DNA of 60,818 bases, from positions 1 through 60,818 of IMG/VR virus record IMGVR_UViG_3300033153_010441, one strand, 5' to 3'. Both the position numbers and the translations under genes were made by a program. This document shows positions 9,380 through 20,105 of the stretch, piece by piece; positions within the stretch are counted from its first letter, which is position 1; every line of letters begins with the position of its first letter. The stretch is from a virus (lineage: Duplodnaviria; Caudoviricetes). The notes under the pieces are model-generated. The model saw only the letters and a program-made list of their open reading frames with translations. It had not been told where the DNA came from and ran no database searches.

Positions 9380-10387
9380 CTATTTAATTTTTTCGAAAAT
9401 TTTCATGAAAACGTGGGGTTTACTCATCAATGAAGCATACCCTGCTTTAATCAGGGCGTGCATTGCGTGTTTACGCTTTTCTGGATCAATATTTTTGTCC
9501 GTTGTAACCTTAATTAACCCAACAATCGCCTCTCGGCGTTCCGGGTCCGAGGCAACATCAGCTAATTTACGTGCTGTATCGGGTGATAGCTTTATATCGG
9601 CATACTCTTCATCAAGCATATCTTGGATATTTTTGCCAAGAGTTTCCAGATCTTTCCGGCGGCGCTTATCATTATCGTTTTTATCACCTACAGTAGCCCG
9701 TGTACGGGCTGCTTTTTCCGTTGCTGAGGCAGACCGTTCAGTACGCCAGTTAGCTTGCTGTTGCTTATACTTCTCCAGTTTTTCCTGTCTGGATAATTTC
9801 TCTGATTCAGGAACAGTTAGACCAAGTTCAGCTTCCCTCTGTTTAGCCTGAGTGTCTATCTCTTTTTCTTGCTTAAGTTTCTCAAGATTCTTGTTGAGCA
9901 TCCAATCATAAAGAAACTGCTTGCCAAATAAATCACCATCATTGGTGAGATTCGCCGCCCATTCCTTCATTGCTTCTTGACTACCAAAAGTTAATACCGG
10001 AGTATCGCTGGTAATCTTGTAAGATCCATCTTTATTATATTCTGCCGGGAAGAATTGAACTACTTTAGGATCAGTCTCCGTTCCGATAACTGGAGCAACA
10101 GCCTGCTTGTTGATATAATATTGATTGTGCGCTTCGGCGACGGATTGGGGTGAATAATTACCCGCCATTAAAGTCCGTTTTATATTATGTAATGTTGCTA
10201 CTGCCTTCTTAGCAGCAAGATCAAGATCTTGCATTTCCATTTCGTTTTTTTCTTTTTTGGCTTCCCATTCTCCCAGGGACATTCCAAGCGCTTTTTCTTT
10301 TTTACGTTTTTTCTCTTCTTCCTCGGAGCGTTCCCTCATATTGGAGCCAATCATATAGCCCCTATATATACTGTCACTGATACCCAT
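9380..10387 (-). CDS. Putative internal virion / ejection protein
   Basis: Charged helical protein between pilot-like gene and giant ejection protein. Confidence 0.55.
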   Translation of the reverse strand: MGISDSIYRGYMIGSNMRERSEEEEKKRKKEKALGMSLGEWEAKKEKNEMEMQDLDLAAKKAVATLHNIKRTLMAGNYSPQSVAEAHNQYYINKQAVAPVIGTETDPKVVQFFPAEYNKDGSYKITSDTPVLTFGSQEAMKEWAANLTNDGDLFGKQFLYDWMLNKNLEKLKQEKEIDTQAKQREAELGLTVPESEKLSRQEKLEKYKQQQANWRTERSASATEKAARTRATVGDKNDNDKRRRKDLETLGKNIQDMLDEEYADIKLSPDTARKLADVASDPERREAIVGLIKVTTDKNIDPEKRKHAMHALIKAGYASLMSKPHVFMKIFEKIK

Positions 10388-10398
10388 CGAGAACCTCC

Positions 10399-11229
10399 TT
10401 ACAGGTATTTACCAAGAATAATACCACCAGCAGTGCCAAACAAGTCGCCAAAAAGGCCACCACCACCACTGGTGGTGGTGTGGGTTGTCTGACTCATTGG
10501 TCTGCTTGCCAATATGCCATAGGTACTACCGGCTCCAGCCATACCAGCCATGGCCTTCCCGGACATATCCGGGGTGGCGAACTGCTGGGTGTTATTACCT
10601 TGTGTTGACGCAATACCCGGCAAACCTGTTGCTCGGCCACGCATGGTCATACCAGCCCCCAACCGTGAAAATTCAGTATCTTCGGCGCTTTTTTTGGCTT
10701 GCCATGCGGCGCTCGCAGCAGCCCTGGCCTTGTCAACACCACTTTGTTTCAACATCGCAGCAAGACGCGGATCATTAGTATCCATCCCCATTCGAGCCGC
10801 CTCGCGGAGTGAGGCGGCCTCCTGGTTCTCCATGTCACGCATCACACCGGCCCGTGCCTCGCGCATTAAGCCACCCTCGTCAATATCCTTGGTGACTTCC
10901 TGATAAAATTTTTCGGCCACCGGGGTGGACATTTCTAATTCTTTCAATTGCTGGGAACGAAGAGCGTCCTTGACCGCCCTGTTCATTTCCAGGTCACGAA
11001 CTTGCTCTTCAAGCGTCGCCCTGGATGCGTCAGTAATATAAGGCAATAACTCCTTATTGGCCGTAGCAGCGGCAATTTCGTAATCCTGAAAGTATTGTTT
11101 ATAAGTTTTCCAAAGATCCTCACTCATGCTCTGCTGCCGTTCGGCAATGGCAGCCATGCGTTTATTATAGGCAGGATCGTAATTGTAGGTTGTGGTCGAA
11201 CTACTACTTCCTCCTTTTCCACCGCCCAT
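10399..11229 (-). CDS. Putative DNA pilot / ejection protein
   Basis: MGGGKGGSSSSTTT N-terminus, Ala/Gln-rich body, Gly-rich hydrophobic C-terminus typical of podovirus ejection proteins. Confidence 0.65.
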   Translation of the reverse strand: MGGGKGGSSSSTTTYNYDPAYNKRMAAIAERQQSMSEDLWKTYKQYFQDYEIAAATANKELLPYITDASRATLEEQVRDLEMNRAVKDALRSQQLKELEMSTPVAEKFYQEVTKDIDEGGLMREARAGVMRDMENQEAASLREAARMGMDTNDPRLAAMLKQSGVDKARAAASAAWQAKKSAEDTEFSRLGAGMTMRGRATGLPGIASTQGNNTQQFATPDMSGKAMAGMAGAGSTYGILASRPMSQTTHTTTSGGGGLFGDLFGTAGGIILGKYL

Positions 11230-11789
11230 TATTCTTTCCTTTCACAATATGTCACGACAGCATCCACTGAGTGACCCAGCTTAAAATTGAAACAAGCTTT
11301 GGGAATAGTACCAATAGCTGTCATTCCAATTTTTTGAATCCATCCAACCGCCGCCGGGTTTGTTGTTGGTGTCAACCCATAAATCACATCCAACAGTGGT
11401 CTACGATACTGATCCTTAATATTAAGCAAATACTTAAGGCAATCAGCACCCATAGGAACAAGGTATGGTTGTTTGTGGTGTTTCCTAAAAATAGAAAAAT
11501 TACCTTGCGCCCGGCGGTCAGCGTAATCAGTAAGCCACATATACCCCGCCGGTTCCCTATTCCAAAACAGAAGATACAGGAGAATATTAGGGTCTTTAAA
11601 CATCCTCACAAACGAGTCTGCCAAAAATACAGATGGATCTTGGTTATAAAAAACCTGCTCTAAAAAACCATCTTCTTTGGTCTGATGATATAATTGAGCA
11701 AGATTGGAGTCTGTAAACGTCGGAATACCATCATACGTTGTATATGGTACAATTAAAAGCGGGTTATTGTTCTGCTCTGTATTCATCAC
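11229..11789 (-). CDS. GNAT-fold protein of the virion module
   Basis: GYMWLTD...IYGLTPTTNPAAVGWIQKIGMTAIG matches GNAT motif B; position before ejection genes is typical of podoviruses. Confidence 0.6.
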   Translation of the reverse strand: MMNTEQNNNPLLIVPYTTYDGIPTFTDSNLAQLYHQTKEDGFLEQVFYNQDPSVFLADSFVRMFKDPNILLYLLFWNREPAGYMWLTDYADRRAQGNFSIFRKHHKQPYLVPMGADCLKYLLNIKDQYRRPLLDVIYGLTPTTNPAAVGWIQKIGMTAIGTIPKACFNFKLGHSVDAVVTYCERKE

Positions 11790-12093
11790 CTACCTCTATG
11801 GTTTTAGGAAAGAGTCTTTTCACGGCCATACAATCATCAAAATACTTTTGCAGTTGTGCCTGTCCCTCGGCTTTGATTGTCGGATCTGCTTGTGCAATCT
11901 TGACCTGTGCATCCAAATACTCGGTTGCCGGAGGATACATGGCTTGTCTCAAGAGCCTGTAGTTGCGGACAGCCCATTGGATCGGGTTATCAATCCGTTT
12001 AACAGTATTGAGATAATCTTGAATGGCGCTGCGAATATCACCTAACTTATTGGCTGATTGCGCCGCTTTTCTCACATCATTCAGTGTTACCAT
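11764..12093 (-). CDS. Tail-fibre-associated small protein
   Basis: Directly downstream of fibre gene; LRQAMYPP..EYLDA...CMAVKRLFPK pattern. Confidence 0.5.
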   Translation of the reverse strand: MVTLNDVRKAAQSANKLGDIRSAIQDYLNTVKRIDNPIQWAVRNYRLLRQAMYPPATEYLDAQVKIAQADPTIKAEGQAQLQKYFDDCMAVKRLFPKTIEVGDEYRAEQ

Positions 12094-12107
12094 TTGTTGT
12101 CGCCCCC

Positions 12108-15100
12108 CTATCCAATAGCCATATACGATACAGTCCCGCTCAATAGTATGCCTGCCTCAGTCAGAATTAAATCGTAGGTGGCGCCGCCAGCGCCCATTGC
12201 ATAATAATATTTATCAAACACATCATAATCTGGAAGCTGATCTATAAACCAGGATGGCCCCCAATCTTCAACCGTCTTTTGCAAATAATTGCCATCCATA
12301 TACATTGCCAATCGTATCGCCGTAATGTCTGCATCCTGGACAGGCGTGACACAACTGAATGTATAATGATAAGGCCCTGGTATTGGAAGGGTTGGCGTAA
12401 AACACTCAGAAGCCCCGTTGACCCAAGCGCCATTCACATATAATTGCAGATACATCCAAAATTTGTAAGCACGATGAAGATAATTGTTGTCATTGAACGA
12501 CGCCTCGTCATGCCAGTATTGGCACGCAAAAAACCCTCCATTGCGATAGCGTACCTGACGCACGCCGGAGAGGCCAATATTGAGCGTGGGACTATAAACG
12601 TACTGGTCAATCGGCATCGAGTGCAGCATGCCAGAAAAGTCAAACATTGGGGAGGCATCAATATTGGTTTGCTCACCCGCCCCAAGGCTGAGATACGCTC
12701 GCGGCGTGACCTTCCATTTATACGGCTGGGTCACTGGATCAACTTGTTCCACAATCGGCTCGCCCATAACAATATACTGGGTTTGAGTCGGATAGTTCGC
12801 ATCGTAGCTTGGCAGTTCGCTGGGCGATAAAATGACCTTTGGCTTCTGGCGAAAATATCCAGGTATTTCTGTAGTTACACCATTTTCAACCGTCCCTATT
12901 TGAACATTGGACAGCAGGGCATAGTCCTGGTGAGTTTGGAACTGAGCATCATAAATAACCTTCTTAATTTCACCAGAGTCCATGAGCACATAATCATTGC
13001 CCGCCATGCCCCCATCAGGCGCAACAATGATGCGACCACCTGTGTCCGTGTCGGTTGAGTCGAGAACAACGTTGTAATCACCAACAATGATCGCGCCGCC
13101 TTCCTCGATTCGAAGTAGCGATTTTGGGTTGATCATGGCACCGTCAATGGATGATTTGAAAGCACCACCAAATGGTGAAGGATCAGCTGCAACGCCAATA
13201 GTAGGCTCCAGCATAATTCCATCAATCCACATATCAACGCCGGAGCCACCATCATTATCAACGCGAATCAAGACCTTAGTTGATGAATCAGCAGAAAGGT
13301 CCAGCAGGCCGCTAACTCGCTGCCAAGTATTAGCACTTGGACTGGTCGTAAAATTCTTACCATAAAACGTGCCGCCATTCTTCTCTGTTTTCAAGTACAA
13401 CTGCCCAGGCTGGGAGGCCGCTGAACAACGCACATACAGAGACAAAATCCATTTTTCATTTGGCGGGATAGAAATATTGTATCCGGTTGACGAAGTGCCA
13501 AGATAACAATAACAATTATCATCTGTTGCAGACAGTTTCAGCGCATTGTCGTCAAAATACGCCACTGCAACGTCAAGCGTGGCGGTTCCCCTAACCACGG
13601 TGACATCTGGCAGGGTGTCGTAGGGCCACGTCGAATAGCGCACTGGGCAAAAATTAACACCAGTGCCGCCAACTTCAGTGGTGAAGTTGGCAATTTCCAC
13701 CCATTCGGTCCCATGCCACTGATACAACACAAGCGGAGTCGCATCAGTGTCTATCCACAAATCACCAGTTGTGTAGTTGCCACCGGTTGGCTCGTCCGCC
13801 TGACGGTAGATATTATTCTGTGTAGCATTATCTTCGGGCTTATTATCCCCTACAATATAATCCCAGATGGCTGTTTGACCAAGACCAGCACCATCTGAAA
13901 GCTGTGACGTATCCGTAAAATTATTTGAAATAACAGCCCAGTTGCTTCCCGTCCATCTCTTAACCAACTTTGTTGAATCGTTATACCAAAGATCGCCAAT
14001 TCCCTCAGCCGTTGGCGTACTTGTCCCAAAAAACGTCGTAACTTTACCATCCGCCGTGGCTTGTGCGGTAGAAGCAGCGACTAACGCCTCGGCAGCTTCT
14101 TGCTGGACATCAGTAATTGACTCATCTTGAATATCTATCCAAGATGTACCATCGTAACGATGTAGTTTATTACCATTATCTGTATCAATCCATAAATCGC
14201 CAACAGACATACCAGATGTTGGCGCAGACATTTGATAAAATGATTGAATTTTACCATCTGCTGTGTCTTGTGCATTGGCGGCAGCCGTAAGAGCAGCCTC
14301 TACGTCATCAGTTAATGTTTCTGCTAAAATACCATTTACAAACGTTCCAGGAGGCGCGCCAACCGTGGCGCCGTTCTCAATGCCAGCCAGCTTCGAGCCT
14401 TCGCTGCTGTTGATGCCACTCAAGCTTGTCGGCTTATCTATAATGTATGAATAGCCGAGCAGACCACCTCCAACACCCAGGTTGATTTGTCCCCCGGAAC
14501 CGATGTTAATTTGACCACCATAGCCAATATTTAGCTTGCCACCATTGGAGAGATTGATCGACGTGGTGGCATTGATCTTGTCGCCAGTAAGATCATTGGC
14601 TTTGATGTGCCGGGCGAGAATTGTTCCATCAACCACGAAGTTACCATCAACACCAACCGTGGCAACACCATCTACCTCCCCTTCGACCAGTATGCCAAGC
14701 TGTTCCCAATAAGTAGCATTACTGGGGTCAATGTTACTTTCTTCGAAATTACCACCAGGGGAATAGTTCTTGCGCCGATAACGACGTACTACATTATCAG
14801 CACCAGACCACCTGACAATATCTCCAGCTTCATAAGCTGTGTTACCATCATATAAGGGTGGGTTATCACCCATTAGTATTCCCATGACCCGGTCGATGGC
14901 AGCGCCCACCGTATCATTTCCCTCAATTAAAAAGCCACCGTGGATCACCGGATCAGGCACATAAGTTGAATAACTACCACCCCAAGTGATATTACGTATC
15001 CAATAATAATGATTTTGATAAAGTGTGTTAGGAGCATGGCGATACCGCTTGACGCCATATGCGACCGTTGCCACGAGTTGTGAGGTTGAAACATCATTAA

Positions 15101-15398
15101 TGTTATTATAAAAAACCTCAACACCAGACACACGATTAGATGAAATATTATCCCAAGTAAGAACATGCGACCAAGCATCTACTGTAATAGATAGATTAAA
15201 AGGTGGATCAATTGGATCTGTTGAGGTGTTACGATCTACATAACTCTTTACTGAAGATACCACAGGTGACAAGGTAGACACATGTGTAGATAAACTTGAT
15301 ATACGTGTTGACAAGGATAAAAGAGTATTTCTTATACCTTGTAAAAAATCTCGTAATGCTTGACTAATATCTGTCGGAACATTCGGTAGATTAGACAT
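12108..15398 (-). CDS. Tail fibre / host-specificity protein
   Basis: FN3-like N-terminal region, VGVDGNFVVDGTILARHI segment, three GDLW repeats (AQDTADGK..GDLWIDTD), carbohydrate-binding-like module. Confidence 0.75.
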   Translation of the reverse strand: MSNLPNVPTDISQALRDFLQGIRNTLLSLSTRISSLSTHVSTLSPVVSSVKSYVDRNTSTDPIDPPFNLSITVDAWSHVLTWDNISSNRVSGVEVFYNNINDVSTSQLVATVAYGVKRYRHAPNTLYQNHYYWIRNITWGGSYSTYVPDPVIHGGFLIEGNDTVGAAIDRVMGILMGDNPPLYDGNTAYEAGDIVRWSGADNVVRRYRRKNYSPGGNFEESNIDPSNATYWEQLGILVEGEVDGVATVGVDGNFVVDGTILARHIKANDLTGDKINATTSINLSNGGKLNIGYGGQINIGSGGQINLGVGGGLLGYSYIIDKPTSLSGINSSEGSKLAGIENGATVGAPPGTFVNGILAETLTDDVEAALTAAANAQDTADGKIQSFYQMSAPTSGMSVGDLWIDTDNGNKLHRYDGTSWIDIQDESITDVQQEAAEALVAASTAQATADGKVTTFFGTSTPTAEGIGDLWYNDSTKLVKRWTGSNWAVISNNFTDTSQLSDGAGLGQTAIWDYIVGDNKPEDNATQNNIYRQADEPTGGNYTTGDLWIDTDATPLVLYQWHGTEWVEIANFTTEVGGTGVNFCPVRYSTWPYDTLPDVTVVRGTATLDVAVAYFDDNALKLSATDDNCYCYLGTSSTGYNISIPPNEKWILSLYVRCSAASQPGQLYLKTEKNGGTFYGKNFTTSPSANTWQRVSGLLDLSADSSTKVLIRVDNDGGSGVDMWIDGIMLEPTIGVAADPSPFGGAFKSSIDGAMINPKSLLRIEEGGAIIVGDYNVVLDSTDTDTGGRIIVAPDGGMAGNDYVLMDSGEIKKVIYDAQFQTHQDYALLSNVQIGTVENGVTTEIPGYFRQKPKVILSPSELPSYDANYPTQTQYIVMGEPIVEQVDPVTQPYKWKVTPRAYLSLGAGEQTNIDASPMFDFSGMLHSMPIDQYVYSPTLNIGLSGVRQVRYRNGGFFACQYWHDEASFNDNNYLHRAYKFWMYLQLYVNGAWVNGASECFTPTLPIPGPYHYTFSCVTPVQDADITAIRLAMYMDGNYLQKTVEDWGPSWFIDQLPDYDVFDKYYYAMGAGGATYDLILTEAGILLSGTVSYMAIG

Positions 15399-17112
15399 TT
15401 AGCAACTCTCGCATACTATCAGATAAGGCAAATCGATAAATAGTAGCATTGCCTGTTAACTTAATGGTCATATCATGAAGACGAACACCCGATGGCAATC
15501 GGAAAGATCCACTTGTATTTCTCGTAATTGACCAAACAACATCACCACTACTTGTTAACAATGACATGGTGACACTTTTAGCATCATTATCAAAGTCACC
15601 AATGATTTTAGCGGAACTGAAATTTTTCGCCCCAGGCGGACGAAAAACTTTTTCCCAATGGTATGCAGCACCAGTTTCTGTCGTTGCCCATTTATAGATG
15701 CTGTTATCATCGGCAAGCAAATACACGGCAGAGGTAGCGTGGTCTATTGTTTTACCAAGATAAGTAACACCAACACCAACGTCCTCTGTGATTAAACCTA
15801 TAGAGGGATTGGTAAGACAAACACGAACACCAATCCCATTGGTGGTATTAATGGCGACATAATCGCCATCCCAATAAAATGCCAGAAAATTCTCCGGGCC
15901 AAGATCACGCCATTGTTCCGGGGTAATAAGTTCATCAGTAATGAGTTTACCAACACTACCATCTATAAAATAAAGTCCCTCTTTGCAGGGATAGACTATT
16001 CCATTGGCAATCTCCACAACACCATCACTACTGATGCAGGCCCTGTTTTCTGACCAACGGGTCTTTGTCATTTGAGTGGGGTCGTTGCCGTAAAGGATAT
16101 ACGGGGTACCCTCAGTTAAAACTATAAGAGCAGACTTGTAGACACCAAGTGCAACAATATCATGATCCACGTCATACTGGTTAACAAGTGGAAAAGCATA
16201 CGGAATATTCAGCTCGGACAAATACACCCGGTTGCCAACAAATCCAGCAAGTACACCATTTTCAAGCTGAACCAAACCAGCCAGATCGTCAGGTGGCTGA
16301 AGATAACTACCGGTCGAAAGCATCGAACCAATATCTTCGCTAACCCCGGTGGGAGCGACCCCGTCATTAGCATCAAAAATATAAGGGGTACCTCCGGTAA
16401 TCTCGGTCACATCCACGTCCCACACAGGATTAGATGACAAATCTACTGAACGAACCTTAATGTGATAATACTCTGATTGACCATCATCACCAGTAACCAA
16501 ACGGTAGATACGATATGAAACAATACTGTTGCCACTTGTCCCTGGATCAGGAATACTAAAACCTGAAAGACGAACATACTGGCCATCTAAAAGAGTAACC
16601 AGGGGAGATGCCTCATTGGGGGCACTTTCAAACCCCTCTTCCGTAACTACCGTGTATACATAACTGGTGGTTTGATCAATTTCCGTGGTACCAGGATCTG
16701 CTGGTAGTTGCTCAATAGTCAGACCGGTGGTGGGTGGAACAACCCCCAAACGCCTGCCCACAGGGGTGTTGGCCGGAGCAGCTTCATTTACTCCACAGAA
16801 GCTTGGTCTGGTAAACTTGGGATAACCATCGCCTGTATAAAACACCATGGTATCAGTGCTGGCCACTTGCCCACGAATTGCTTTAACAGCAGTCTCCCAA
16901 GCAAACCATCGGTTGTCCAGTTTGTAAATAGATACCGGGTTAACTAATCCAGCATCAACTATATGGCTTTGTGCCGGGCGCAACGCAGGTGCCAAAACAC
17001 CACCATGCAACAAACAGTTCTCTGCATATGTTGCATATTGGGGTGACAAAAGATATGGAGACATCTTGGGAATTGTGCCAGCTAATCCTTGCAGACAACC
17101 TATTCCAGCCAT
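15391..17112 (-). CDS. Tail nozzle / tubular protein B-like
   Basis: 573 aa beta-rich protein (YVYTVVTEEGFESAP, GNRVYLSE..PYAFP) following adaptor genes. Confidence 0.65.
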   Translation of the reverse strand: MAGIGCLQGLAGTIPKMSPYLLSPQYATYAENCLLHGGVLAPALRPAQSHIVDAGLVNPVSIYKLDNRWFAWETAVKAIRGQVASTDTMVFYTGDGYPKFTRPSFCGVNEAAPANTPVGRRLGVVPPTTGLTIEQLPADPGTTEIDQTTSYVYTVVTEEGFESAPNEASPLVTLLDGQYVRLSGFSIPDPGTSGNSIVSYRIYRLVTGDDGQSEYYHIKVRSVDLSSNPVWDVDVTEITGGTPYIFDANDGVAPTGVSEDIGSMLSTGSYLQPPDDLAGLVQLENGVLAGFVGNRVYLSELNIPYAFPLVNQYDVDHDIVALGVYKSALIVLTEGTPYILYGNDPTQMTKTRWSENRACISSDGVVEIANGIVYPCKEGLYFIDGSVGKLITDELITPEQWRDLGPENFLAFYWDGDYVAINTTNGIGVRVCLTNPSIGLITEDVGVGVTYLGKTIDHATSAVYLLADDNSIYKWATTETGAAYHWEKVFRPPGAKNFSSAKIIGDFDNDAKSVTMSLLTSSGDVVWSITRNTSGSFRLPSGVRLHDMTIKLTGNATIYRFALSDSMRELLNV

Positions 17113-17756
17113 TTAACATAACTCCTTGAGTTTACTGCAAGATCTTTAGAGGTTTTATCCTTTTGGCGTGCAATCCTGGCACGGGTAATACCACGTCGGT
17201 ATTGCTGACGATGCCAAGGAATCCTGGAAACATCAGACCATGGTTGCTGAGGCATAGCATAAAGTTGCTCTTTGGCCTTTTCCTGAATTACGTCAGACCA
17301 CACTGAGTAAAGTACATCATCTACCTCAGTTACTCCTTGAGCAAATGACACAGCAATTTTCAATTCCACTTCATTAGCAAATGACACTGGATAAAAAACT
17401 AACATAGAGTCTTGCTTATGATAGAAAATTTTCCCATATGAATTGATGTAATCTGAGACTTGTGTTGAATCACGTTCTTCAACATCATATGGAATACCAT
17501 TGATTCGTAAACTTTTAATACCTAAAAAAACATATGTGCTTTGAAGTAGACTATTAATTGATATGGTCAGGGAAGACATTTCGTCGGTATCAATATCTAT
17601 AGCAGGGTCTACTTCAACAACCAGCATTTTTTCTAAGAACCAGGAATCCTGACAAAATTGACGAATTGAATTAATCACTACTTGCTCCAGCAACGGATCT
17701 GGACAACCATAAAATTCAGTTCGGAGCAAATCTAAAAAATTTGAAATAGGTGTCAT
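17100..17756 (-). CDS. Head-tail adaptor-like protein
   Basis: GCPDPLL...IRQFCQDS and LYAMPQQPWSD motifs; synteny. Confidence 0.6.
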   Translation of the reverse strand: MTPISNFLDLLRTEFYGCPDPLLEQVVINSIRQFCQDSWFLEKMLVVEVDPAIDIDTDEMSSLTISINSLLQSTYVFLGIKSLRINGIPYDVEERDSTQVSDYINSYGKIFYHKQDSMLVFYPVSFANEVELKIAVSFAQGVTEVDDVLYSVWSDVIQEKAKEQLYAMPQQPWSDVSRIPWHRQQYRRGITRARIARQKDKTSKDLAVNSRSYVKWLE

Positions 17757-18481
17757 GTTAACGCATCCATACGTTGTTTACCGACAGTTGGAGTATTCTG
17801 ACGTTGCACCAAATCAAAGCGACCTATTGATTCAACAAACTTATTCCAGAAAGCAAGGCTTCGTTCAGCCCCATCAACTTCATCTGTGTCAAGCATGTAG
17901 GCGCGATATAAAAGGAAATATAGCAAAGCATCTGCATACTCGTCATCAAGTGAAATATAACTATCAGCAGCGTATACAGAACAGTTGGCTGGTAACAGGG
18001 AAAAGAACGCACTTACATAGCCTTGCGACGTTTCCGGCTGGGGCGGGTAAACAAAAAAACCACGCTTAATATCTGGACTGATCATGTAATGCAGCACGGT
18101 TGCATCCGCAGTAGCTGAAGGCCAGTCAGGATTAGTTGTATCAAAAACCGTCTTTTGTACTGGAGTTATAATACGACCTGGGGACTGCCCGTCGGTCCCC
18201 ATATTGCAATGCATTTGAATTAAAGATAAAGCACGAGGAATTACTTTATCCGTTAGTTTATCAATAAAAACATCAGAGCCATCAGGTAACTGCTGAAACG
18301 CCCCGGCAGTAAGCTGATAAACAACGCGCCGGGCATTCGCGCCGGGGACCAGCTTAACGAGGACAACCTGCCCCGCGTTAAGATCGCGGAGCAGGTCATC
18401 AGAAGGCCAGCGACGGGTTGAGCCTGTGTCGTTAAGAATTTTGGACGCATCGTCAATTATATCTTTAGTTGACACAGCCAT
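17753..18481 (-). CDS. Head-tail adaptor / tubular protein A-like
   Basis: ILND...RWPSDDLL..LNAGQ, FFVYPP, ALLYFLLYRAY motifs; synteny. Confidence 0.7.
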   Translation of the reverse strand: MAVSTKDIIDDASKILNDTGSTRRWPSDDLLRDLNAGQVVLVKLVPGANARRVVYQLTAGAFQQLPDGSDVFIDKLTDKVIPRALSLIQMHCNMGTDGQSPGRIITPVQKTVFDTTNPDWPSATADATVLHYMISPDIKRGFFVYPPQPETSQGYVSAFFSLLPANCSVYAADSYISLDDEYADALLYFLLYRAYMLDTDEVDGAERSLAFWNKFVESIGRFDLVQRQNTPTVGKQRMDALT

Positions 18482-18487
18482 AATTAA

Positions 18488-18955
18488 TTAAAACCTTCCA
18501 CGAGAAACAATCTCGTAAGAATAAGTGGGAACAGGTACACGCTTCCAAAGAATACGCCCATCAGGCGCTGTTTCCATACGGGGTTTAAAGGTAACCGCAT
18601 CACGAATAACATTCATGTATTCAGCCGGAATACGAACCAATTGTTCACGAGGTGCATAGATAACATTTCCGTTCAATCCCAGCGTCACATAACGAGTTTG
18701 TCCTTCCTGGGCGTGAAATACAATATCCACATATTCCTTGCCTTTCAGATGAGAAGGAACTTTTGACTCCGGCTCTGCAGCTTTTTCAGCCGGGTCAATT
18801 AAACCATTATTTGCTTCTTGCATTGCAATAAGGTTTGCAATCGCTTCCTTACGGTTCATATTGTCAGGGTCATACTGGACATTATTAATGTCACACAAAT
18901 TCATCAGGTCAGCCGCATTCAGTTTCCATAGATCCGACTTGGTATAAGTAATCAA
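18488..18955 (-). CDS. Conserved virion-module hypothetical protein
   Basis: ORF directly after the capsid terminator. Confidence 0.55.
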   Translation of the reverse strand: MITYTKSDLWKLNAADLMNLCDINNVQYDPDNMNRKEAIANLIAMQEANNGLIDPAEKAAEPESKVPSHLKGKEYVDIVFHAQEGQTRYVTLGLNGNVIYAPREQLVRIPAEYMNVIRDAVTFKPRMETAPDGRILWKRVPVPTYSYEIVSRGRF

Positions 18956-18974
18956 ATTTACCTCTTAGTAAGAT

Positions 18975-19008
18975 AAAACGGGGGTAAGCCGAAAGCGGCT
19001 TACCCCCG
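18975..19008 (-). terminator. Terminator after major capsid gene
   Basis: 13-bp stem CGGGGGTAAGCCG aaag CGGCTTACCCCCG with TTTT on minus strand. Confidence 0.85.
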
Positions 19009-19015
19009 GCTTTGG

Positions 19016-20083
19016 TTAGGAGGACAGGTCAGACACAGCCACTTCAGCACGAACCATCCACGCCTGATTGAGGATCACACAGGCATGATAGGTTTTCCAG
19101 CTTACATGGCCGCGCTGGGCCATCGGGTCACTGTCGGAGGGTTTAGGGTTAACAACCATCGGAGTGAGGCTGTTCTTACCCTTGAGAGGCACCACCGCGT
19201 AGGCATTACGGGCAATATAGAGAATAGGGTACACATAGCACTTGCTACCATCATTCAACACGGGTTGATCCGTCCAAGCAGCGCCGACGGCACCAAAGGA
19301 CTGCATCACGGTGCTGGTGATGTAGCGCACATCCTCCACTTTACCAATCTCACCGGCCACCGGCTCGATAGTGGCGTACTTCTCAGCCGGGACAAACCCG
19401 CTCATCCCACGAATATCAGCCTCGCAATCGGGATGACACAAGGCGATATAGCTGGGTGCAATCGGCTCGGTGCCATAGTTAGGACTTGCCTTAACCTTGG
19501 TCGTCACCGGCTTGGCCAACTGGTTCTTCAGGGAGCGGGTGATCTTACGCTGGAGGTTGAGACTCAGGGGAGATTCAACGTTACCCCGAGCGGAACCATC
19601 AGCATAAAACACGTTAGACCCGCCCACAAGGGCGTCGTAGCGCACCCGCTCAACAAGGAACGGAGCCTGCTCGCTCAGCGCCTCAATTGCCTCCTGAAGC
19701 ACCGGGTCCTCGTGGGTGTCCATAATCACGTCGGTAATCACGGTACGATCACCGAGCTGGGTCAAGGTCACTTCAATGTCTTCACAATCCAGATCGGTAG
19801 CGTCAGGGGTAACGCCCTCGGTCAAGGTCTTGGCAGCAACATTGAAGAGCTGATCAGTGCCGGTCTGGCCCCAGTATTCAGCCGGGTTATAAATCCCACC
19901 AAACTCAGTGAAAGTATCACTCGCCAGAAAGTACCGACGAAACTTCATGGTTTTGGTGGACTTGGTAGGCAAGGGCTTGGTCTGCCCAAACATCTCAAAC
20001 ACCAGATAGGGGGTACCCCTCTCCAACATTTCCTTTACAACGTAAGCCGCAGAACGCGGCGAAATGTCACCGTAAGTAGTCAT
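19016..20083 (-). CDS. Major capsid protein, N4-gp56 family
   Basis: TTYGDISPR, FGQTKPLP...KFRRY, LTEGVTP, GEIGKVEDVRYI, DPMAQRGHVSWK. Confidence 0.92.
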   Translation of the reverse strand: MTTYGDISPRSAAYVVKEMLERGTPYLVFEMFGQTKPLPTKSTKTMKFRRYFLASDTFTEFGGIYNPAEYWGQTGTDQLFNVAAKTLTEGVTPDATDLDCEDIEVTLTQLGDRTVITDVIMDTHEDPVLQEAIEALSEQAPFLVERVRYDALVGGSNVFYADGSARGNVESPLSLNLQRKITRSLKNQLAKPVTTKVKASPNYGTEPIAPSYIALCHPDCEADIRGMSGFVPAEKYATIEPVAGEIGKVEDVRYITSTVMQSFGAVGAAWTDQPVLNDGSKCYVYPILYIARNAYAVVPLKGKNSLTPMVVNPKPSDSDPMAQRGHVSWKTYHACVILNQAWMVRAEVAVSDLSS

Positions 20084-20105
20084 TGTTCAATTCCTTTCTT
20101 AAATA